A DNA stretch of 39,070 nucleotides, taken from positions 1-39,070 of the forward strand of contig CAYHQJ010000003.1 of assembly GCA_964358595.1 (NCBI GenBank), read 5' to 3'. The stretch comes from an uncultured Gemmatimonadales bacterium (lineage in GTDB: Bacteria > Gemmatimonadota > Gemmatimonadetes > Gemmatimonadales > JACORV01). Shown here in pieces: positions 16,713 through 25,666 of this stretch (position 1 is the first letter of the stretch; each line of letters opens with the position of its first letter). A program made the translations under genes and the position numbers. The notes under the pieces are model-generated. The model was not told where the DNA came from, made no database searches, and saw only the letters and a program-made list of their open reading frames with translations.

Positions 16713-18076
16713 GGCACCGCCTCCCGGCCCAGCAGCGCCCCGGGCGTGAGACCGAGGCGCGTGCGAGCCTCCGGGCTGATGAGCACCCCCGTCACGCGCG
16801 GCTGCCCGACCAGGTATCGCCGAGCGTAGGCGGCGATGTCGGCCCGCGTCACGGCCTGCATGCGCGGCCGGTAGGTCAGGTAGTAGTCGAGACCGGCCAC
16901 TGACCACCAGAATCCCAGCATGCTAGCGAAGCTGCTCGGCCGCTCGCGCTCGTAGAGCCCTTCGACCATCACCTGATTGCGCGCGGCGTCGAGCTGCGCC
17001 TGGCTGACGTAGTCGGAGTCGGCGAAGTGCTCGACCTCCTCGAGGATGGCGCGCTGCAGGGCCATGAGCTTGTCGGGCGTCGTCTGCGCGAAGATCTGGA
17101 TCGGGCCGGTGTGGTTCAGCGTGTAGTACGAGATGCTCGCGCCGAAGGCCAGCCCGCTCTCGACCAGGCGCTGATGGAACCGGCCCGTCTCGGTGTTGAC
17201 GATCGCGGAGAACACATCGGCTGCATAGGTCGAAGCCGGGTCAGCGCCGACGCTCGGGCCCTGCCAGGCCAGGTTGAGGGTGACCGAATTCACCCGCTGT
17301 TCGACGATCACCGCCCGGGACTCGGTGAGCGGCGGCGGGTTCGGCACCGGCGTCGCGAACGGGTCCTCGCCGCGCGGCCAGTCGCCGAAGATCTGTTCGG
17401 CGACCTGGAAGCCGCGATCCGGGGTAATGTCCCCGGCCAGCAGGAGCGCGGTGTTGTTCGGGACGTAGTAGCGCCGCTGGATGGTCAGCATCTTCTCCTG
17501 CGTCGCGGTCGCGATCATCGTGCGGTCGCCGATCACGTTCTTGCGGCTGAAGTACCCGGGCGACCACAGCTCGCGGCTCACCGCTTGGTCCAGGTGGAAG
17601 GAGGGGCTGGCCTCGTTGCGGTCGAACTCGCCCAGGACCACTGGCCGCTCGCGCTCCAGCTCCGCCTGCTGGAACAGGGGGAACCGGACCGCGTCCTCCA
17701 TGAACTGGAGCGCGGGCAGGAGGCTGTCCACGCCGATCGTGAAGTAGTAGTTGACCCGCTCCTCGGACGTCGTGCCGTTCCAGATGGCGCCGAGCTGGCG
17801 GAGGCGCTCGAGGTACCGCTCCTGGTCGGAGATCGTGCGGTTCGCCTTGAAGAACATGTGCTCGTAAAGATGCGAGAGCCCGTTGAACTCCGGCGGCTCG
17901 GTCATCGAGCCGTTCCGGACGTCGAGCTCCACCGTCACGAGCGGGACCGCGTGGTTCTCGACCACGATCACGTCCAGCCCGTTGGCCAGCACGCGATGGT
18001 GGATCGGCAGGTTGCTCTGAGCGACGAGCGGAACGGCCCACAGCCAAGCGGCAAGTCCCAAGGGGCGAAGACGCAT
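16709..18076 (-). CDS. M16-family zinc metallopeptidase (pitrilysin/insulinase type), catalytic subunit, secreted
   Basis: Inverted zinc motif HLYEH (HxxEH) in GLSHLYEHMFFKAN. Signal peptide MRLRPLGLAAWLWAVPLVAQ. GGGAGA Shine-Dalgarno before the ATG. Confidence 0.9.
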   Translation of the reverse strand: MRLRPLGLAAWLWAVPLVAQSNLPIHHRVLANGLDVIVVENHAVPLVTVELDVRNGSMTEPPEFNGLSHLYEHMFFKANRTISDQERYLERLRQLGAIWNGTTSEERVNYYFTIGVDSLLPALQFMEDAVRFPLFQQAELERERPVVLGEFDRNEASPSFHLDQAVSRELWSPGYFSRKNVIGDRTMIATATQEKMLTIQRRYYVPNNTALLLAGDITPDRGFQVAEQIFGDWPRGEDPFATPVPNPPPLTESRAVIVEQRVNSVTLNLAWQGPSVGADPASTYAADVFSAIVNTETGRFHQRLVESGLAFGASISYYTLNHTGPIQIFAQTTPDKLMALQRAILEEVEHFADSDYVSQAQLDAARNQVMVEGLYERERPSSFASMLGFWWSVAGLDYYLTYRPRMQAVTRADIAAYARRYLVGQPRVTGVLISPEARTRLGLTPGALLGREAVP

Positions 18077-18174
18077 ACCGTCTCCCTGCGCGGAGTAGAG
18101 GGGACTGCAACAGTGCAGGCGGCCCGGGCACGCGTCAAGGTGGCGAACCCAGGGGCGCGACGAGCGGTGCGGCG

Positions 18175-18954
18175 CTAGCCGTCCTCGTCCCGGTGGATGA
18201 CGTGCACACTGCGCTGCGCCGTGGGCAGCAGCACCAGGTCGAGCACGTTCACGTGCTCTGGCAGGTTGACGATGAACGCGATGACCTCCGCCACGTCGTC
18301 GGGTGAGAGCGGGCGGAATCCCTGGTAGAGCGTCTTGACGCGCTCTTCGTCGCCGTGGAAGCGCACCGCCGCGAACTCGGTGTGCACGTGGCCGGGGTCC
18401 ACCGCCGACACGCGCACGTTCGTCCCCGCGACGTCGAGGTTCATACCCTCGCTGAGCGCCTTCACGGCGAACTTCGACGCGTTGTAGACGTTCCCCATCG
18501 GATAGACCTGGTGGCCCGCCGTGCTGCCGATGTTGACCACGTGACCGCTGTTCCGCTGCACCATGTGCGGCAGGATCGCGCGCGAGACGTTGAGCAGTCC
18601 CTTGACGTTGGTGTCGATCATCCGGTCCCAGTCGTCGGGATCGCCCTCGTGCAGCTTGCTGAGCCCGGCCGCGAGGCCGGCGTTGTTGAGGAGGATGTCG
18701 GGCACCGCCTCGGCGGCGACCAGCTCGCCGGCGGCGGCGTTCACCGCAGCCCGGTCACGCACGTCCACCTGGTTCGCGCGCACCGTGACACCGTGCCCCC
18801 ACCTCAGCTCCGACGCGAGCTTGTGGAGTCGCTCGAGCCGGCGCGCCCAGAGGACGAGGTTCGCGCCGTCCGCGGCGAAGCGGCGGGCGCAGGACATCCC
18901 GATGCCGGAGCTGGCGCCGGTGATGAGCGCGAGCTTGCCGGTGATGCGGTTCAC
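18175..18954 (-). CDS. Short-chain dehydrogenase/reductase (YdfG-like NADP-dependent SDR)
   Basis: TGASSGIG cofactor motif, NNAG and YNASK catalytic motif. Start taken as the GTG (VNRITGK) 8 nt after the gdh stop. The 595-aa track ORF is an out-of-frame run through gdh. Confidence 0.85.
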   Translation of the reverse strand: MNRITGKLALITGASSGIGMSCARRFAADGANLVLWARRLERLHKLASELRWGHGVTVRANQVDVRDRAAVNAAAGELVAAEAVPDILLNNAGLAAGLSKLHEGDPDDWDRMIDTNVKGLLNVSRAILPHMVQRNSGHVVNIGSTAGHQVYPMGNVYNASKFAVKALSEGMNLDVAGTNVRVSAVDPGHVHTEFAAVRFHGDEERVKTLYQGFRPLSPDDVAEVIAFIVNLPEHVNVLDLVLLPTAQRSVHVIHRDEDG

Positions 18955-18962
18955 CGCCGGGC

Positions 18963-20225
18963 CTACGGCCAGATGCCCCGCAGCTCCGTCACGTGGGCCA
19001 CCCGGTCCAGGGCCAGGACGTACGCGGCGGTGCGCGGATCGACCTTCTTCTCCGCCGCGATGTCGAACACCTTGTGGAAGGCGCTGACCACCTTCTTGCG
19101 CAGCTTGGTCTCCACCGTCGCTTCGTCCCACTGCTCGTCCTGGATGTTCTGCACCCACTCGAAGTACGACACCGTGACACCGCCGCCGTTGGCGAGGATG
19201 TCCGGCACGACCGGGATCCCGCGGCGGTGGAGGATCTCGTCGGCCGCGGGCGTCGTGGGGCCGTTCGCCGCCTCCGCGACGAGCTTCGCGCGAACGCGAC
19301 CGGCGTTGTCCGCGGTGATCTGGTTCTCGAGCGCGGCGGGGATCAGGACTTCGCACTCCGTCTCCAGCAGCTCCGCGGGCGAGATGGGGGACGTGCCCGG
19401 GAACCCCGCCACGGTTCCGGTCTTCTCCTTGTGCGCGAGCAGCGCCGCCGGATCCACGCCGGAGGCACAGGAGATCGCGCCGCTGGAGTCGCTCACCGCG
19501 ATGATCCTCGCGAGCGCCCGGTGGGCGAACATCGCGGCGTACGAGCCGGCGTTCCCGAACCCCTGCACCACGACCCGCGCGCCGGCGAGCGACCCGACGC
19601 CCTCGACGAGCCCGCGAGCGATCGCCTCCTCGACGCAGAAGATGCACCCCCGCGCGGTCGCGGTCGCCCGGCCGTGCGAGCCGCCCAGCTCGAGCGGCTT
19701 GCCGGTCACCACCGGCAGGTTGTTCTGCCCCTTGTGGGTCATGTCGTACGTGTCGAAGATCCACGCCATCGTCGTGGCGTCGGTGTAGACATCGGGGGCG
19801 GGGATGTCCACCATCGGCCCGATGGCGCCGCCGAGCTGTGAGATGAAGCGCCGCGTGATCCCGCGCTTCTCGTCCGTGGAGAGCTTCTTGGTATCGCACA
19901 CGACCCCGCCCTTCGCCCCGCCGAACGGGACGTCCATGACGGCGGTCTTCCACGTCATCCATGCGGCGAGCGCCTTGACCTCGTCCTCGGTCACGTCGGG
20001 ATGGTAGCGGATGCCCCCCTTGAACGGGCCCCGGGCGTTGTTGTGCTGGACGCGGTAGCCGGTGAACATCCGCATCGCGCCGTCGTCCATCTTGACCGGG
20101 AAGTCGATCCGGATCGTCCGCTCCGGGCGGGCCAGGTTCTCGAGCAGCCCGCTGCTCGCGCGCACGTGGCGCGCGGCGCGCGCGAACTGCGCCTGCGCGA
20201 TGCGAAAGGGGTTCAGGTCTTCCAT
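18963..20225 (-). CDS. gdhA: Glutamate dehydrogenase (Glu/Leu/Phe/Val dehydrogenase family)
   Basis: FKGGIRYHP and PFGGAKGG substrate/catalytic motifs and a C-terminal Rossmann GFGNAG. 420 aa. Confidence 0.92.
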   Translation of the reverse strand: MEDLNPFRIAQAQFARAARHVRASSGLLENLARPERTIRIDFPVKMDDGAMRMFTGYRVQHNNARGPFKGGIRYHPDVTEDEVKALAAWMTWKTAVMDVPFGGAKGGVVCDTKKLSTDEKRGITRRFISQLGGAIGPMVDIPAPDVYTDATTMAWIFDTYDMTHKGQNNLPVVTGKPLELGGSHGRATATARGCIFCVEEAIARGLVEGVGSLAGARVVVQGFGNAGSYAAMFAHRALARIIAVSDSSGAISCASGVDPAALLAHKEKTGTVAGFPGTSPISPAELLETECEVLIPAALENQITADNAGRVRAKLVAEAANGPTTPAADEILHRRGIPVVPDILANGGGVTVSYFEWVQNIQDEQWDEATVETKLRKKVVSAFHKVFDIAAEKKVDPRTAAYVLALDRVAHVTELRGIWP

Positions 20226-20314
20226 CGGCGCACCAGTAGTAGTGGAGGTGCCAGAGTTATCCCGCCTGCGTCGCGAGCGCCAGGGCTGCCCCCGGCCCAG
20301 GCGCCGGGAAACGC

Positions 20315-20349
20315 GACGGCGCCGGGAGACCGCGTCCCCCGGCGCCGTC
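20315..20349 (-). terminator. Intrinsic-terminator-like hairpin after the DUF4382-like lipoprotein gene
   Basis: Perfect 12-bp stem GACGGCGCCGGG / CCCGGCGCCGTC with an 11-nt loop, 20 nt after the stop at 20369. On the - strand it is followed by GCGTTTCCC, a short U-tract. Confidence 0.5.
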
Positions 20350-20368
20350 GTTCAGGCAGCCGCTGCGC

Positions 20369-21184
20369 TCACGGCGTCAGGGCGAAATCCACACCCGTCA
20401 CGTTCTGGGCGGTGCCGACGGTTGTGCTCTTGGTCTGAGTCTGAAACCCCGCGGCCACCGCCGCGACGGTGTACGACCCCGGCGGCAGGAACCAGAGCTT
20501 GTAGGCGCCCGTCGTCGAGTCGGCGAGCGCGCTGGTCACCGTGTCACCGCTCAAGATCCCGTAGATTCGCGCCTTCGACGAGGCGGGACTCACCGTGCCC
20601 GCGATCGAGCCGGCGATGTCCTGCACGGTCGCGTGGAGCACCGGCTTGAACAGCACGCCGGTCGGGTTGGCAGCCGGGCCGGTGAACACGAAGTTCCGCG
20701 CCACGTCGAAGTCCACGACGAGGATCGTCTGCCCCGGCGCAACGTGCACCGGACCGGAGAAGTTCACCTTGATCCCGGTGCGCTGGGCACTCGGGGTCTG
20801 AAGGGTCTTGCTGCTCGAGCCGTCGCTGAAGGTCTTGCCCGCCTTCAGGGTCACGCGCGCCGAGTCCACGACCAGCCGCATCTGCGTGTAGTCGCCGGTC
20901 GGGATCGTCGCCGTGCCGAGGGCGGCCGTCACGCCGTTCGTCAGGTCGAGCAGGTCGTACTGCTGCGGCGTGGTGGTGACGGTGTAGCGGTTGCCCGTCG
21001 TGTCGGCGCCGCCGATCAGATAGACGCTGGAGATCCAGACGACGGCGCTCTCGATGTTGTCCACCGGCGAGTCGGTGATCCGCACGACGATCTGGCCCGT
21101 CGTGCCGGAGTCACTCCCGGAGCAGGCCGCCGCGGCGCCGACCAGCAAGGCGCCGAACGTCGTCTTCCAGTGCAAGGTGCGCAT
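20369..21184 (-). CDS. DUF4382-like lipoprotein with C-terminal carboxypeptidase-regulatory-like domain
   Basis: Lipobox GAAAAC. ITDSPVD...YDLLDL...IPTGDYTQMRLVV...TGIKVNF...VVDFDV pattern as I remember it for DUF4382. C-terminal beta-sandwich-like GAYKLWFLPPGSYTVAAVAAGFQ. Confidence 0.7.
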   Translation of the reverse strand: MRTLHWKTTFGALLVGAAAACSGSDSGTTGQIVVRITDSPVDNIESAVVWISSVYLIGGADTTGNRYTVTTTPQQYDLLDLTNGVTAALGTATIPTGDYTQMRLVVDSARVTLKAGKTFSDGSSSKTLQTPSAQRTGIKVNFSGPVHVAPGQTILVVDFDVARNFVFTGPAANPTGVLFKPVLHATVQDIAGSIAGTVSPASSKARIYGILSGDTVTSALADSTTGAYKLWFLPPGSYTVAAVAAGFQTQTKSTTVGTAQNVTGVDFALTP

Positions 21185-21251
21185 CTCCCCCTCGGGTTCT
21201 CAGGTTCGCTCGCTGTACCCGGCTCCGGCCCGTAGGGTTCCGACACGCGAA

Positions 21252-21266
21252 TCACGCGCAGCGTGA
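21252..21266. promoter_or_regulatory. 15-bp palindrome in the divergent intergenic region (possible operator)
   Basis: TCACGC-GCA-GCGTGA, flanked by ATCAC direct repeats, lies between the DUF4382 start (21184) and the PEBP start (21373). A TATATT -10-like hexamer sits at 21323-21328. Confidence 0.25.
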
Positions 21267-21372
21267 CGCAGATCACACGGCAGCGCGCTCTCCTACGATT
21301 CGCCGGTCCCATGCGCGCGCCGTATATTTCATGTCTCGATGCGCTCCGCCCTCACTCGCGCAGGAGGAGCCC

Positions 21373-21849
21373 ATGGCCTTCGCGCTCACCAGCACCGCCT
21401 TCAGCGATGGCACCGCGATCCCGGCCAAGCACACCTGCGACGGCGCCGATGTGTCGCCGCCGCTCGCCTGGACCGACCCGCCGACCCGCGCCACCGCGTT
21501 CGCCTTGATCGCCGACGACCCCGACGCGCCACGCGGCACCTGGGTGCATTGGGTGCTCTTCGACCTGCCCGCGAGCGCCACGCAGCTGCCGGAGAACGTG
21601 GCGAGGAGCGACACGCTGGCGGGCCTCGGCGACGCGCACCAGGGGCGGAACGACTTTCACAAGACCGGCTACGGCGGTCCATGCCCGCCGCCCGGGCCCG
21701 CGCATCGCTACTTCTTCAAGCTGTACGCGCTGGACGCGCCGCTCGGGCTGCGCGCCGGCGCGACGAAGCAGGACGTCGAGCGCGCGACGCAGGGCCACGT
21801 CCTCGGTACCGCGCAGCTCATGGGAACGTATGCGCGCCAACGCCGCTGA
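21373..21849 (+). CDS. YbhB/YbcL-family PEBP (Raf kinase inhibitor-like protein)
   Basis: DDPDAPRGTWVHW and GYGGPCPPPGPAHRYFFKLYALD motifs. AGGAGGAG Shine-Dalgarno directly before the ATG (MAFALTS). Confidence 0.9.
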   Translation: MAFALTSTAFSDGTAIPAKHTCDGADVSPPLAWTDPPTRATAFALIADDPDAPRGTWVHWVLFDLPASATQLPENVARSDTLAGLGDAHQGRNDFHKTGYGGPCPPPGPAHRYFFKLYALDAPLGLRAGATKQDVERATQGHVLGTAQLMGTYARQRR

Positions 21850-21895
21850 GCCGAAGCGCGACAGCAGATCGTCATCCGAAGCCGGAGATTTCCCG

Positions 21896-24013
21896 ATGCG
21901 GATCCGCCATCTCGTGCACTCCCTGGCCCTGGTCGCCGTGCTGCCCTTCGCGGCCGCGGCCCAGCAGCCGACCCGCCACGCCATCACCCACGAGGACGTC
22001 TGGCTGATGAAGCGCGTCGGCGCGCCGGCGGTGAGCCCCGACGGCCGGTGGGCGGTGTTCTCCGTGACCGAGCCGTCGTACACCAACGCAGAAACCAGCA
22101 GCGACCTGTGGATCGTGCACACGGACGGCGGCGCCGAGCCGCGCCGGCTCACGGCCACCCGCGCCGGTGAAAGCGGCGCGGCGTGGAGCCCGGACTCGCG
22201 CCGCATCGCCTTCAGCGCGCGGCGCGAGGGCGACGATACCTCGCAGATATACGTGCTCGACATCGCCCAGGGGGGCGAAGCACAGCGCGTGACGAGCCTC
22301 TCGACCGGCGCCCGCGCGCCGAAATGGCGCCCCGACGGCCGGGCGATTCTGTTCGTCAGCACCATCTATCCCGGCGCGACCACGGACTCGGCGAATCGCG
22401 CGGAGGCGGCCGCGCGGCGCGGGCGGAAGTGGAACGCGCGGGTGTACGACGGCTTCCCGATCCGCAATTGGGACCGCTGGCTCGACGACCGACGCCCCAG
22501 CCTGTTCGTGCAGCCGCTCGAGCCCGGCGCCCAGGCGCGCGACCTGCTGGCGGGGACCCGGCTCGCCGCGCTGCCCGGATTCGGCGGGCAGCTCGGCGAG
22601 GGGAGCGAGACCATCGGCGCCGCGTGGACGCCGGACGGCGGCGGCGTCGTCTTTGCCGCAACGACGAACCGGAACGAGGCGGCGTTCGCCGAGGTGACGA
22701 CATCGCTCTGGCTCGTCGGCGCGGACGGCGGCGAGCCGCAGCGCCTCACGACCGACGCCGACGACTACGGCGGCCCGCAGTTCCGCGCCGACGCCCGCGC
22801 GCTGTACGCGGCGTGGTCACCGAACAACGGCCGCGTGTACAACAACCGGCGGATCGTGATGTGGACCTGGCCCGGCATGGGCCAGCGGCAGGTCGTCGCG
22901 GGCGGTCCCGAGGTATCGCCGCAGGCATGGCAGCCCGCCCCCGACGGCCGCGGGGGCTGGTTCCTCGCGGAGAGCACGGGGCTCGTGCCGCTGTACCGCG
23001 TGGCCCCGAACGGCGCGGCGCAGGCGCTGCCGCAGCCCGGCGCCGGGGCGTTCAGCGGACTGGACGGCGGCGGCACCGCGGCGGCGCCGGTGCTCGTCGC
23101 CGGATGGCAGAGCGCGGTGAGCCCTCCGGAGATCGTGCGCGTCGACCCGGCGACCGGCCGGACGGCGCCGCTCACGCGGTTCAACGTCGAGCGCGCCGCG
23201 CGCCTCGACTGGCAGCCGGTGCGGCACTTCTGGTTCACCTCGGGCCGCGGCGCGCGCATCCACAACCTGCTGGTCGTGCCGCCGGCCTTCGACTCGACAC
23301 GGCAGTATCCGCTGTTCGTGGTGATCCACGGCGGCGCCGCGAACATGTGGACCGACCAGTTCGTGATCCGGTGGAACTACCATCTGCTGGGCTCGCCGGG
23401 ATACGTCGTCCTCCTGACCGACTACACGGGCTCGACCGGCTACGGCGAGGCGTTCGCCCAGGCCATCCAGGGCGACCCGCTCAACGGACCCGGCCGCGAC
23501 CTCCTCGAGGCGGTGGACCACGCGCTGCGCCGGTTTTCGTTCCTCGACAGCACGCGGATGGTGGCGGGCGGCGCGAGCTACGGCGGGCACCTCACCAACT
23601 GGCTCGCCGTCAACACCACGCGCTTCCGGGCCCTGGTGAGTCACGCGGGCCTGTGGGACCTCGAGAGCCAGTGGGGCACGAGCGACTACATGTACGGGCG
23701 CGAGGTGGCGATGGGCGGCCTGCCGTGGGTGAACGGTGAGCGCTGGCGTGCGCAGAGCCCGCTCCAGAAGGCGGCCAACCTGCACACGCCGGTGCTGGTG
23801 TCAGTGGGCGAGCGCGATTTCCGGGTGCCGATGAACAACGCGATGGAGTTCTGGGCCGCACTCCAGCGGATGCGCGTGGCGAGCCGGCTGCTGGTCTGGC
23901 CCGAGGAGAACCACTGGATCATGCGGGGCGAGGACAGCCGGTACTTCTACCGCGAGGTCCACGGCTGGATCGCGCGGTGGCTGAACGAAGGGGGAACGCC
24001 GGCGGGCCGCTAG
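21896..24013 (+). CDS. S9-family serine peptidase (prolyl oligopeptidase / dipeptidyl-peptidase type) with N-terminal beta-propeller, secreted
   Basis: Signal peptide MRIRHLVHSLALVAVLPFAAAAQ. TolB-like propeller repeats (SPDGRW, SPDSRRIAF, RPDGRAILF). Nucleophile elbow GGASYGG, and Asp/His regions ERDFRVP and ENHW. Confidence 0.9.
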   Translation: MRIRHLVHSLALVAVLPFAAAAQQPTRHAITHEDVWLMKRVGAPAVSPDGRWAVFSVTEPSYTNAETSSDLWIVHTDGGAEPRRLTATRAGESGAAWSPDSRRIAFSARREGDDTSQIYVLDIAQGGEAQRVTSLSTGARAPKWRPDGRAILFVSTIYPGATTDSANRAEAAARRGRKWNARVYDGFPIRNWDRWLDDRRPSLFVQPLEPGAQARDLLAGTRLAALPGFGGQLGEGSETIGAAWTPDGGGVVFAATTNRNEAAFAEVTTSLWLVGADGGEPQRLTTDADDYGGPQFRADARALYAAWSPNNGRVYNNRRIVMWTWPGMGQRQVVAGGPEVSPQAWQPAPDGRGGWFLAESTGLVPLYRVAPNGAAQALPQPGAGAFSGLDGGGTAAAPVLVAGWQSAVSPPEIVRVDPATGRTAPLTRFNVERAARLDWQPVRHFWFTSGRGARIHNLLVVPPAFDSTRQYPLFVVIHGGAANMWTDQFVIRWNYHLLGSPGYVVLLTDYTGSTGYGEAFAQAIQGDPLNGPGRDLLEAVDHALRRFSFLDSTRMVAGGASYGGHLTNWLAVNTTRFRALVSHAGLWDLESQWGTSDYMYGREVAMGGLPWVNGERWRAQSPLQKAANLHTPVLVSVGERDFRVPMNNAMEFWAALQRMRVASRLLVWPEENHWIMRGEDSRYFYREVHGWIARWLNEGGTPAGR

Positions 24014-24079
24014 GCGCGCTCGAGCAGCACAAAGCCCGACATCCGGCGGGCGGCCTGCTGCCGCTCCTTCGAGGGGGCG

Positions 24080-24478
24080 TCACGACGCCGCTTTCCACGT
24101 CCGGATCGCGTGTGTGTTTCCCTCGCTGTCCTGGAAGAACGCCATCCACAGCTCCCGGCCCTGGGCCGGATCGCGGTGGATGAGGTGCGGCTGGTCGCGG
24201 AACACGACGCCCCGGCCCGTCAGCGCGGCGTGCGCCGCGGCGATGTCGGGCACGTCGAAGTAGAGGATCGAGGACGGGTGGTCGAACTCCGGCTCCGACG
24301 GAGGGCTCAGCATCAGCCACGTCGCGCCGCACTGGAAGAACCCCAGGCCCGGCGCCTGGAAGAGGAACGGCAGCTTCAGCACGTCGCGGTAGAAGGCCAC
24401 CGCGCGGTCCACGTCCTTCGCGTTCACCGCGATCTGCCCGATCCTGGAAAGCGCGAAGTCCCCCTGCCCGGCCGTCAT
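24080..24478 (-). CDS. VOC-family protein (glyoxalase/bleomycin-resistance/dioxygenase fold)
   Basis: 132 aa. IGQIAVNAKDVDRAVAFYRDVL N-terminal VOC pattern and a C-terminal FFQDSEGN strand. AGGAGG lies 5 nt before the ATG. Confidence 0.8.
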   Translation of the reverse strand: MTAGQGDFALSRIGQIAVNAKDVDRAVAFYRDVLKLPFLFQAPGLGFFQCGATWLMLSPPSEPEFDHPSSILYFDVPDIAAAHAALTGRGVVFRDQPHLIHRDPAQGRELWMAFFQDSEGNTHAIRTWKAAS

Positions 24479-24528
24479 GCGACCTCCTGCAGCTGGAGCT
24501 CACTGTCGTGCGCTGGAAGCGTGAATGA

Positions 24529-25575
24529 CTAGCCTGGGACTGCGCGGGTCCGCAACCGGGGGTGCGGCCGCCGCACGTCGAGCCGCGTCAGCCCCACCTC
24601 GCGCGCGATCCGCCGTGCCGCGAGCAACTCCTCCGACGCCACCCGGCGGTTGATCTCGGGGTAGCTGGCGCCGCCCACCCTGCCCGCCGGGTAGTACTGG
24701 TCCATGAGGTTGACGTAGGCGTCGGGCCCCAGCGTCTCTGCGATCCAGGACAGGATGGCGCGGGTCTCATCGAGCATTCCGGGCATCACCAGGTGCCTCA
24801 GCAGCACGCCGCGCTTGGCCAGCCCCTGCGCGTCCGTCACCAGTGGCCCCACCTGCCGGTGCATCTCCGCGATCGCCGCACGCGCCACGCCGGGATAGTC
24901 CTCCGCCTTGAGGTAGGTGCGGGCCTTCTCCGGCGACCACAGCTTGAAGTCCGGCATGTAGATGTCCACGACGCCAGCGAGGAGTTGGATGCTCTCGAGC
25001 GCGTCGTAGGCGCCGGTGTTGTACACGACCGGCAGGCGCAGGCCCTCTTCCACGGCGAGCGCCAGCGCCTCGAGCACCTGCGGCACCACGTGCTCGGGAG
25101 TCACGAAGTTGATGTTGTGACAACCGAGCGCCTGTAGCTCGAGCATGAGATCGGCGACTTGGTGCGGCGGCTGGCCGCGCGCCGCGGGACCCGGCCGGAT
25201 CGCCTGACTGATGGCGAAGTTCTGGCAGAATACGCAGCGCAGGTTGCAGTGGCCGAAGAAGATGGTCCCCGAGCCGTTCCAGCCCCGGAGGCAGTCCTCC
25301 TCGCCGAAGTGGGGGAAGGCGCTGGTGACCACCGCGTACCGCCCGGTCTTGCATGCCGCCCACTTGTCCTCGAGGCGGTTGACGCGGCAGTCGCGCGGGC
25401 AGGCGCGGCACTCGGCGAGCGCGGCCACCGCGCGCTCGGCGCGCGCGTGCAGCTCGCCGCGCGGGAGGTACGCGTAGGCGGGCCGGAACCCCGCGGGGGC
25501 GCCCGGGGCGGTAATCGTTCGGTCATCGAGCGAGTGCGTGTGTCTCCTCCGGGCAGCCGGCCACTGCCACGGCAG
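24529..25575 (-). CDS. Radical SAM enzyme, PflX-like (pyruvate formate-lyase activase-related, COG1313 type); 5-prime end uncertain
   Basis: CNLRCVFCQN (CxxxCxxC) cluster, preceded by CRACPRDCRVNR and GEEDCLRGWNGSGTIFF, then GCHNINFVTPEHV and DIYMPDFK. The only in-frame ATG (25767) would overlap a divergent gene. 25575 is an in-frame CTG, and ATT at 25515 is another option. Confidence 0.8.
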   Translation of the reverse strand: MPWQWPAARRRHTHSLDDRTITAPGAPAGFRPAYAYLPRGELHARAERAVAALAECRACPRDCRVNRLEDKWAACKTGRYAVVTSAFPHFGEEDCLRGWNGSGTIFFGHCNLRCVFCQNFAISQAIRPGPAARGQPPHQVADLMLELQALGCHNINFVTPEHVVPQVLEALALAVEEGLRLPVVYNTGAYDALESIQLLAGVVDIYMPDFKLWSPEKARTYLKAEDYPGVARAAIAEMHRQVGPLVTDAQGLAKRGVLLRHLVMPGMLDETRAILSWIAETLGPDAYVNLMDQYYPAGRVGGASYPEINRRVASEELLAARRIAREVGLTRLDVRRPHPRLRTRAVPG

Positions 25576-25666
25576 AGTAACCGCGCGGCCCGGCCCGGCG
25601 CCAGATCGCGGCGCGCTGGGTCCCGAAGCTGCGCGAGGCTTGCCGAATCGCCGCCCGGACTTCAGG

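Noticed and set aside
18955-19962. Upstream part of the 595-aa ORF that would fuse to the SDR
   Set aside because: It is out of frame inside the well-supported glutamate dehydrogenase gene and has an Arg-rich composition. The SDR cofactor motif TGASSGIG begins right after the GTG at 18954.
20238-20253. TGGCAC-N5-CTACT upstream of gdh as a sigma-54 promoter
   Set aside because: The -24 TGGCAC is good, but the -12 element has A where the essential G of the GC dinucleotide should be. The site also lies only about 13 nt from the start codon.
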